A stretch of 64,000 bases of DNA from Berkelbacteria bacterium GW2011_GWE1_39_12 (lineage in GTDB: Bacteria > Patescibacteriota > UBA1384 > UBA12157). The stretch is taken from NCBI GenBank assembly GCA_001029735.1, contig CP011213.1:720298-784297 (forward strand). The letters run 5' to 3'. Below, piece by piece: positions 57,552 through 64,000 of the stretch (position 1 is the first letter of the stretch; every line of letters begins with the position of its first letter). The position numbers and the translations under genes are program-made. The notes under the pieces were generated by a model. It did not search any database. It was given only the letters and a program-made list of their open reading frames with translations, and was not told the DNA's origin.

Positions 57552-58235
57552 ATGAACCCAAACGGTCCTTTGTTGCATTTTGTGATTGCGGCAGGTTTAC
57601 TTGATAGCTTTAATCCTTGCGCAATTGCTGTCTTGCTTATTTTTATTGCTTTAATGTTTACTCTGAGTAAAAACCGCTCAGCAATTTTGAGTATGGGTTT
57701 TGTTTATATCATGTTTATTTTTTTGACTTATTTAGCAATAGGCTTAGGATTGTTAAAAATTATTACGATTTTTAGCATTCCGCATCTTATTGTCAAAATC
57801 GGTGCCTGGATAGTTATTATAGTTGGTCTTTGGGGGTTAAAAGATACTTTGTTCCCAGGTAAACGTAATATCTTGGCTATTCCAATTGGTTCAAGACAGT
57901 TAATCGCTTCATGGGCGACAAAAGCAACTATTCCGGCGGCGGCTGTGACAGGTATCTTAGTTGGTTTAACTGAATTCCCGTGTTCCGGTGCTGTTTATAT
58001 TGCTACCTTAACTTTACTTTCTTCAAGTACGACATTCCTTAAGGGATTGATTTATCTCATTGTTTATAATTTTATGTTTGTTCTCCCGTTAATTGTTCTA
58101 CTCTTAATCGCTGCAAACCGAATGATTTTGGAAAAAATGATTAATTTAGACGAAATGAACTCAGATCGGATTAGAGTAATTAGCGCTCTAATTATGATCG
58201 GTATCGGTATTGTGATTCTAAAGTGGTTCGTGTAA
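57552..58235 (+). CDS. CcdA/DsbD-type transmembrane electron transporter
   Basis: 'DS.NPCA', 'E.PC.G..Y', 'YN..FV.PL'. Confidence 0.82.
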   Translation: MNPNGPLLHFVIAAGLLDSFNPCAIAVLLIFIALMFTLSKNRSAILSMGFVYIMFIFLTYLAIGLGLLKIITIFSIPHLIVKIGAWIVIIVGLWGLKDTLFPGKRNILAIPIGSRQLIASWATKATIPAAAVTGILVGLTEFPCSGAVYIATLTLLSSSTTFLKGLIYLIVYNFMFVLPLIVLLLIAANRMILEKMINLDEMNSDRIRVISALIMIGIGIVILKWFV

Positions 58236-58302
58236 CCTGTGGATAACCTCATGTGCCTAACCATAAAAAAACGCAATTTAACCTGTTAAATTAGCTATTT
58301 GC

Positions 58303-58353
58303 TTGACAAAGAAAACGGCACTCCTGATAATAGATGTGTAACCGATTATCAGG
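58303..58353 (+). promoter_or_regulatory. Promoter with overlapping inverted repeat
   Basis: TTGACA-17-GATAAT; CCTGATAAT-N13-ATTATCAGG covers -10 and +1. Confidence 0.6.
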
Positions 58354-58386
58354 GTTAAATCCCAACACCGGAAGGAGGTGATTTAA

Positions 58387-58590
58387 ATGGCATATTCAGT
58401 GCAGTCCAAGAAAACTGGCGAAACTTACTACTTGCACTCAAAGGACGTTACTTTGAGAGGTGGTCGCCTACAAACCATCTACTTCTTTGCTCGACAAGAG
58501 AAAGAAGGAGCGATGGACGACTTGCCAGCCGGCTATGAAGTCATGGAAAACAGCCGAACTGGTCTTCCAATGCTTCGCAAGGCTAAATAG
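58387..58590 (+). CDS. Small basic hypothetical protein
   Basis: Strong AAGGAGGTGA RBS; 'YYLH...V.LRGG..Q.IYFF', 'LP.GY.V.EN.RTGLP.L'. Confidence 0.8.
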   Translation: MAYSVQSKKTGETYYLHSKDVTLRGGRLQTIYFFARQEKEGAMDDLPAGYEVMENSRTGLPMLRKAK

Positions 58591-58735
58591 ATTATCGTAT
58601 CAAGATAAAGAAGACTCGCTATCTCCTGGATATTGCAGGAAAGGCGGGTTTTCTTGTATGCTCATGATATAGGCTTAATGACTTGATTTTTTATTTAATT
58701 TATGGTATACTTTCCATTGTTTAATAGGAGTTCAA

Positions 58736-60094
58736 TTGAAAAGAGTAGAATTATTTTTTACGTTTATTTTAATCCCGCTAGACATCTTAATGGTTGTCTT
58801 GGCGGTCGTTTTAGCATATAAGCTAAGATTGGATTATTCATCGCTTCCGTCCGCCTATATTGAGCCCTTCAATGAGTACTTGAAATTTTTTATTTTCACT
58901 CTACCGGTTTGGTTTGTGGTTTTCTTGATTAACGGACTTTATTCGATCTCTGAAAGAAAAAACGCTTTAAATGAATTTGGTAAGATTGTTGTTGCTGTTT
59001 CAGCTGTAATTGCTTTAGTGGTTGCCTATATTTTCTTGAGCCGAACTTTCTTTTTCTCACGTTTGATTGTGGCCGAGCTATGGGCTTTAGCCATATTATT
59101 GGTTGTTATCGGCCGCTTTATGGTCCGATTTATTCAACGCTCTCTTTATAAACGAAAAATTGGTGTTCATCGTGTAATTATATTGGGTCACAATAGTATG
59201 ACAAAGCCAATTGTGGCGGAATTAAAGAAAAATTATCGTCTCGGATATGAGATTGTTAAGGTAATTGATAAGGATGGTATTGAAAAACTAGATACTATTG
59301 TTTTTAATAACCCCTGTGATGAAATTATGGTCACTGATGCTGGATTACCTGAAAGCCAGATTGCCAAAGTCTTGGAATTCTGTCGTCTAAACGGTTTAGT
59401 TTTTAAAATGACTCCGAATTTATTTTTAGTTAGATCTTCGCATGTTTTAGTCCAATCTTTAGCCGGTGTGCCAATTTTAGAATTTCAAAGAACCCCGTTA
59501 GACGGTTGGGGCAAAATAATCAAGCGATCAGGTGATATTCTCGGATCCTTAATTTTAATTATTATTTTATCTCCAATCATGCTGTTAACAGCTATTTTAG
59601 TTAGATTAACCTCTAAAGGCAGTATCTTGTTTCATCAGGAAAGAGTTGGTTTAGGGAAAAACTTTGTTATATATAAATTTCGTACAATGAGAGAAAATGC
59701 CGAAGAAGAACACGCTAAAATGATGAAAAAATATGGTGTTATGTTTAAACTAAAACATGATCCAAGATTAACGCCGATCGGCAGCTTTTTGCGCAAAACC
59801 AGTCTTGATGAATTGCCTCAATTTTTCAACGTTTTAAAGGGTAATATGAGTCTAATCGGTCCTAGGCCGCCAATGCCGGAAGAGGTCGCAGAATATAATA
59901 ATTGGCAGAAAAAGCGATTAGGTGTAAAGCCTGGAATTACTGGTCTCTGGCAGGTCTCAGGGCGCTCTGAGTTGTCATTTGATGACTGGGTTCGTCTAGA
60001 CGCTTATTATATTGAAAACTGGTCATTATGGATGGATATTCAAATATTTTTCAAAACTATTTGGGTAGTGCTAAAAGGCAGGGGAGCTTACTAA
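58736..60094 (+). CDS. Polyprenyl-phosphate glycosylphosphotransferase (WcaJ/CpsE-like)
   Basis: N-term TMs; 'KR..DI', 'KFRTM', 'DPR.T..G.FLRKTSLDELPQ..NVL.G.MSL.GPRP', 'KPGITGLWQV.GR'. Confidence 0.95.
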   Translation: MKRVELFFTFILIPLDILMVVLAVVLAYKLRLDYSSLPSAYIEPFNEYLKFFIFTLPVWFVVFLINGLYSISERKNALNEFGKIVVAVSAVIALVVAYIFLSRTFFFSRLIVAELWALAILLVVIGRFMVRFIQRSLYKRKIGVHRVIILGHNSMTKPIVAELKKNYRLGYEIVKVIDKDGIEKLDTIVFNNPCDEIMVTDAGLPESQIAKVLEFCRLNGLVFKMTPNLFLVRSSHVLVQSLAGVPILEFQRTPLDGWGKIIKRSGDILGSLILIIILSPIMLLTAILVRLTSKGSILFHQERVGLGKNFVIYKFRTMRENAEEEHAKMMKKYGVMFKLKHDPRLTPIGSFLRKTSLDELPQFFNVLKGNMSLIGPRPPMPEEVAEYNNWQKKRLGVKPGITGLWQVSGRSELSFDDWVRLDAYYIENWSLWMDIQIFFKTIWVVLKGRGAY

Positions 60095-60095
60095 T

Positions 60096-61211
60096 TTGAA
60101 TATAAAAGACTCGAAATTTCTTTCAGAAAAAAAAGTCGCAATTGTCGCAGAAGAATTAACTCAGCTCGGCGGCGCTGAACGAGTTTTGGATTGTATTCTA
60201 GAAATTTTTCCTCACGCACCCGTTTATACTTTAGTTTGGGACAATAAGAAAACACATCGAAGATATGAAAAATTTGATGTCAGACCCTCTTTTATTCAAA
60301 AGATGCCTTTTGGCATAAAAAAATACAAGTGGTATTTACCTCTGATGCCAAAGGCAGTAGAATCATTTAAATTAAAAGAGTATGACTTGGTTATTTCCCT
60401 AACCTCAGCTTTGGTTAAGGGCATTAAAACCAATTCCGATCAAACCCATATCTGTTACTGTAATACGCCAACTCGTTATTTATGGATCGATTCTGAAGAT
60501 TACGTCAAAACAGCCCCAATCCCGTTCTTCGTTCGTCCATTAATGCCAATGGTTTTAAATTATTTAAGAAAATGGGATTTGAAGGCTGCTTTTAGGCCCG
60601 ACTTCTTTATTGCTAATTCAATTAATGTTCAAAAAAGAATCAAAAAATACTATGGGCGAGATTCATTTGTTATTTATCCAACAGTTGATACAACTAAGTT
60701 TAAACCTAGCAAAAAAGAAGATTATTTCTTGTTGGTTAGTCGCATTGAACCATACAAAAAAGTTGATTTAGTTATCGATGCATTTAAAGGTCTTAGAGAA
60801 AATCTAAAGGTTGTTGGCTCTGGTACTAAAATGGATGAAATGAAAAAAGCCTCCCCGAGCAATATTGAATTTGTGGGACGTGTTTCCGATGAAGATTTAA
60901 TTAAGCTTTATGCTGGCGCTAAAGCATTTATTTTTCCACAAGAAGAAGATTTTGGTTTAACGCCAGTGGAATCAATGGCAGCTGGCACGCCTGTGATTGC
61001 CTATAAACGAGGCGGGGCTTTGGAAAGTGTCGTTCCTGGTAAAACCGGTGAATTCTTTTACCCTCAGACAGCCGAAAGTTTGTCTAAAGTAATAAAAAAT
61101 TTCCGTCCAACTAAATACCGTTTAGATATTTTGCAAAAACAGGCATATAAATTCGATAATAAAGTTTTCAAAGAACAGCTTTTAGCGTATATTGAGAGTA
61201 GGCTAAAATAA
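60096..61211 (+). CDS. Glycosyltransferase family 4 (mannosyltransferase-like)
   Basis: 'GGAERVL', 'YC.TP.RY', 'EDFG..P.E.MA.GTPVIA'. Confidence 0.9.
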   Translation: MNIKDSKFLSEKKVAIVAEELTQLGGAERVLDCILEIFPHAPVYTLVWDNKKTHRRYEKFDVRPSFIQKMPFGIKKYKWYLPLMPKAVESFKLKEYDLVISLTSALVKGIKTNSDQTHICYCNTPTRYLWIDSEDYVKTAPIPFFVRPLMPMVLNYLRKWDLKAAFRPDFFIANSINVQKRIKKYYGRDSFVIYPTVDTTKFKPSKKEDYFLLVSRIEPYKKVDLVIDAFKGLRENLKVVGSGTKMDEMKKASPSNIEFVGRVSDEDLIKLYAGAKAFIFPQEEDFGLTPVESMAAGTPVIAYKRGGALESVVPGKTGEFFYPQTAESLSKVIKNFRPTKYRLDILQKQAYKFDNKVFKEQLLAYIESRLK

Positions 61212-61244
61212 TTAATATTAACGAAAAGTAAAAGAGGAGTAAAA

Positions 61245-61859
61245 ATGGAACTAAAAGAATATTTTAAAATTATTGGTAAACATCTGTGGGTTTTTGTTAC
61301 CATTATATTATTAACAACTGTTTTTGCATTTGGTTTTACTAAAGCAAAACCAACAACTTACACATCGTCAACGACATTCACTGTTAATAAGGCTTCGGCG
61401 CTAAAACAATCTCAGGCAAATTATTATCTTTATGATAATTATTACAATGTTCAATCCTCAGGTCTTTATGCCCAGGTGGTTGCATCTTGGTTTTCATCTC
61501 CTGCTGTCGTCACGGATATCTACCAAAAAGCTGGCATAGCGGTTCCAAATGTCTCGCAAAATACACTAGGAAAAACATTTAAAGCGACCTACGATCAGCC
61601 GTCTGTTATAAATGTTTCAATTTCCGGTTCTGATCAGACAGAGCTGCAAAAATTAATGAATGCAGCTTACGATGTTTTACAAGCCAAAACCGACGAATTA
61701 GGTCAAAATGACGTTTCATTCTACGAACTAGCCAAATTTGAACCAGTCGTAACTAAAGATAATCCTAGTTTAATATTAAACACTGTAATCGGCTTAATCG
61801 CCGGTATTATCTTAGGCGCTTTGATCGCTTTAGCTGTCGAGTACTTCAAGGAAGACTAA
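61245..61859 (+). CDS. Polysaccharide chain-length determinant (Wzz/YveK-like)
   Basis: 'MEL.EY..II', two terminal TMs, 'P.Y.S', 'P....N..IG...G..LG'. Confidence 0.75.
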   Translation: MELKEYFKIIGKHLWVFVTIILLTTVFAFGFTKAKPTTYTSSTTFTVNKASALKQSQANYYLYDNYYNVQSSGLYAQVVASWFSSPAVVTDIYQKAGIAVPNVSQNTLGKTFKATYDQPSVINVSISGSDQTELQKLMNAAYDVLQAKTDELGQNDVSFYELAKFEPVVTKDNPSLILNTVIGLIAGIILGALIALAVEYFKED

Positions 61860-61874
61860 TTGTTTTAAGGGAGG

Positions 61875-63227
61875 GTGTTTGTGGAAAAGAAAACTTCTTT
61901 TCGAAGTTTTGATTCGATAAGATCGAAGAAAAAAATAGCGCCAATAAAACATGCGGCAAAACCTAAAAAAAGTTCTCATAAAAATTGGAGTTGGCTAATT
62001 TTATTATTGGTGCCAGTTTTTGTTTTTTTATCCTTGCTTTGTGTGAGTAAGGTTGTTGATAAAGTAAAAGTGGCGCAAATGTTCAGAAGCGGTCGTTATC
62101 TAGTACTATTCCAAAACAACGCTGAACTTAGGCCAAGCGGCGGTTTTATCGGTAGTTTTGCTGTGATTGAATTTAGAAATTTTACCATTAAAAAAATTGA
62201 TTTTAATTCAAATATCACCAAACTAGATAAAGCGTATGTAGCCGACCATTCAGTGCCCGCACCGGCACCATTAGGTCAAATCGCAAGTGGTAATTGGGCG
62301 ATGCGTGATTCAAATTTTGCTGTTTCTTTTCCAGAAGCTGCGCAAAAAGTCGAATGGTTTTATAGTCAAGAAACAGGGGATAGTGTCGATGGAGTGATCT
62401 CGATTAATGCTTCTGTTTTGCGGGATTTTTTAAAGATAACTGGGCCAATGACGCTTAGTGACCCGGCGGTAACCATTGATTCTGGTAATTTCTTTACCGA
62501 ATTAACCAATCAAATTGAAAATGAATACTTTGATTCTACTGAAAATCAACAAACTAACGAACCGAAAGAAATCTTAAAGACGATGATGCCGGAAGTTTTG
62601 AAGCGAGCCTTATCTATTAATAAAATTAAACTTTACGAGTTTGTCTATGTCAGTTTTAAAGAAAAACAAATCCAATTTTTCTCTAATGATCCAGCAATTG
62701 AACAATCGATCAAGGATTTGGGTTTGGGCGGCGAAGTGAAAGACTTTGACAAAGATTATCTGCAAGTCAATGTCGCCAATATTGGTGGCTCAAAATCTTC
62801 ACAGAATATTAATGAAAATTTAGAATACGAAGTAATTAATCAAAATGGTTTAATGATGAGTGATTTGACTATTACCCGAAAGCATATTGGGACCGGAGTC
62901 TGGCCAGATGGAGTTAATAGGTCGTGGGTTAAGGTTTTGGTGCCTAAAAACACAATATTAAAATCTGCCGACCTTGACGGTTCTGATATTACTGCTAAGG
63001 TAGAAAGTGGGGAAGAAGCTGGTAAGACATATTTTGCCAGTTGGGTGATTACAAAACCACAAACAACTTCCGTCTTGCATCTTAATTATCAATTACCAAT
63101 TTCGCCTGAAAATTATGCAGTTTTGTTACAAAAACAATCCGGCAATTGTGGTGATTTGGTCAGAGTGCTATTAAATAACAACTTGCTTTATAATGGCGTG
63201 TTAAACTCTGATACTGTGGTAAAGTAG
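61875..63227 (+). CDS. DUF4012 domain protein
   Basis: 'YL.LFQNNAELRP.GGFIGS', 'RD.N....FP', 'N.GG.K'. Confidence 0.82.
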   Translation: MFVEKKTSFRSFDSIRSKKKIAPIKHAAKPKKSSHKNWSWLILLLVPVFVFLSLLCVSKVVDKVKVAQMFRSGRYLVLFQNNAELRPSGGFIGSFAVIEFRNFTIKKIDFNSNITKLDKAYVADHSVPAPAPLGQIASGNWAMRDSNFAVSFPEAAQKVEWFYSQETGDSVDGVISINASVLRDFLKITGPMTLSDPAVTIDSGNFFTELTNQIENEYFDSTENQQTNEPKEILKTMMPEVLKRALSINKIKLYEFVYVSFKEKQIQFFSNDPAIEQSIKDLGLGGEVKDFDKDYLQVNVANIGGSKSSQNINENLEYEVINQNGLMMSDLTITRKHIGTGVWPDGVNRSWVKVLVPKNTILKSADLDGSDITAKVESGEEAGKTYFASWVITKPQTTSVLHLNYQLPISPENYAVLLQKQSGNCGDLVRVLLNNNLLYNGVLNSDTVVK

Positions 63228-63332
63228 AGGTTGAATCAAAGCAAAAACTTTGACATAATGAGAGAAGAAATGTTCCAGGTGAAGGAACTGCTTTTCTTGT
63301 CGTTGTAGAATTAATCAAAAAAGGAGAACCAA

Positions 63333-64000
63333 GTGGCAGAGCAAGAGTATACAGCTAAACAAATTACGGTTTTGGAAGGCCTAGAGCCGGTACGACAACG
63401 TCCTGGTATGTATATTGGTGGTACGGGAATTGAAGGTTTGCATCATTTACTATGGGAAGTTGTGGATAATGCAGTCGATGAAGCAATGGCAGGATATGCA
63501 ACAGAAGCCATAGTTGAGCTTTTACCCGATAATAGAATAACAGTTATTGATGACGGCCGCGGTATTCCAGTAGATATTCACCCGCAAACTAAAAAAAGTA
63601 CTTTGGAAACGGTTTTAACTGTCCTACATGCCGGTGGTAAATTTGGCGGTGGCGGCTATAAAGTTTCCGGTGGTCTTCATGGTGTTGGTGTTTCTGTGGT
63701 AAACGCTCTTTCGAGTTTCATGCGTGCAGAAGTTTATCATAAAGGAAAAATTTATGCCCAGGAATTTAAAAGAGGCAAGCCTCAAGCTGATGTCAAGGTT
63801 GTCGGTACGACCGATAAAAGAGGTACGAGTATCTCTTTTATTCCGGATGAAGAAATATTTCCTTCTCGCGATTTTTCTCTTAACACCATTTTGAATCATT
63901 TTCGTCAGCAAGCATATCTAACTAAAAAAATTAAAATCTCTGTTTGCGATCATCGTAAAGACGAAGAAGCGCCATGCTATACTTTTTATTTTGAAGGTGG
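63333..64000 (+). CDS. gyrB: DNA gyrase subunit B (5' part, runs off the window; not in ORF track)
   Basis: AAGGAG + GTG; 'Y.A..I.VLEGLEPVR.RPGMYIG', 'EVVDNAVDEA', 'DDGRGIP', 'LHAGGKF...YKVSGGLHGVG.SVVNALS'. Confidence 0.95.
   Translation, partial: MAEQEYTAKQITVLEGLEPVRQRPGMYIGGTGIEGLHHLLWEVVDNAVDEAMAGYATEAIVELLPDNRITVIDDGRGIPVDIHPQTKKSTLETVLTVLHAGGKFGGGGYKVSGGLHGVGVSVVNALSSFMRAEVYHKGKIYAQEFKRGKPQADVKVVGTTDKRGTSISFIPDEEIFPSRDFSLNTILNHFRQQAYLTKKIKISVCDHRKDEEAPCYTFYFEG

Noticed and set aside
63461-63469. Perfect DnaA box TGTGGATAA; possible oriC near gyrB
   Set aside because: Within codons for the conserved VVDN motif; no DnaA-box cluster, dnaA or dnaN in the window.
63624-63911. 95-aa minus-strand ORF
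   Set aside because: Shadow of gyrB on the + strand.

Overview
AT-rich bacterial chromosomal segment (standard code; TGA is used as stop). Gene style and content suggest a Patescibacteria/CPR-type organism, but this is inference and not provable from the window. Housekeeping content: a def-fmt fusion, a helicase-degenerate priA, an AmmeMemoRadiSam (amrS/B/A) cluster with pyrD inside it, lepB, lgt-dksA-like-lspA, infC(ATT start)-rpmI-rplT, uvrA, rnhB, RNase P RNA, tRNA-Val(GAC), tRNA-Val(CAC), tRNA-Gln(TTG), a DEAD-box helicase and the 5' part of gyrB. Accessory content: ArsR/ArsP and CsoR/CopA metal modules either side of tRNA-Gln, a 10.5 kb co-oriented run of small genes, an OmpR-type two-component system with a visible TTCTCAG regulon, M23/CapA envelope genes, two large secreted modular glycoside-hydrolase-like proteins, and the start of a polysaccharide locus. 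The most unusual signal is non-coding: tiny hairpin elements of about 12-40 bp. One family (hairpin + GCGGAATTTTTCTAG, with covarying stems) sits immediately upstream of the RBS of at least 4-5 unrelated genes and is bracketed by duplicated RBS/start sequence. Other hairpins interrupt duplicated halves of both tRNA-Val genes, and one element lies in frame in rnhB. No CRISPR array, rRNA, integrase or transposase was seen. All family assignments are from motif recognition by eye; no database searches were run.
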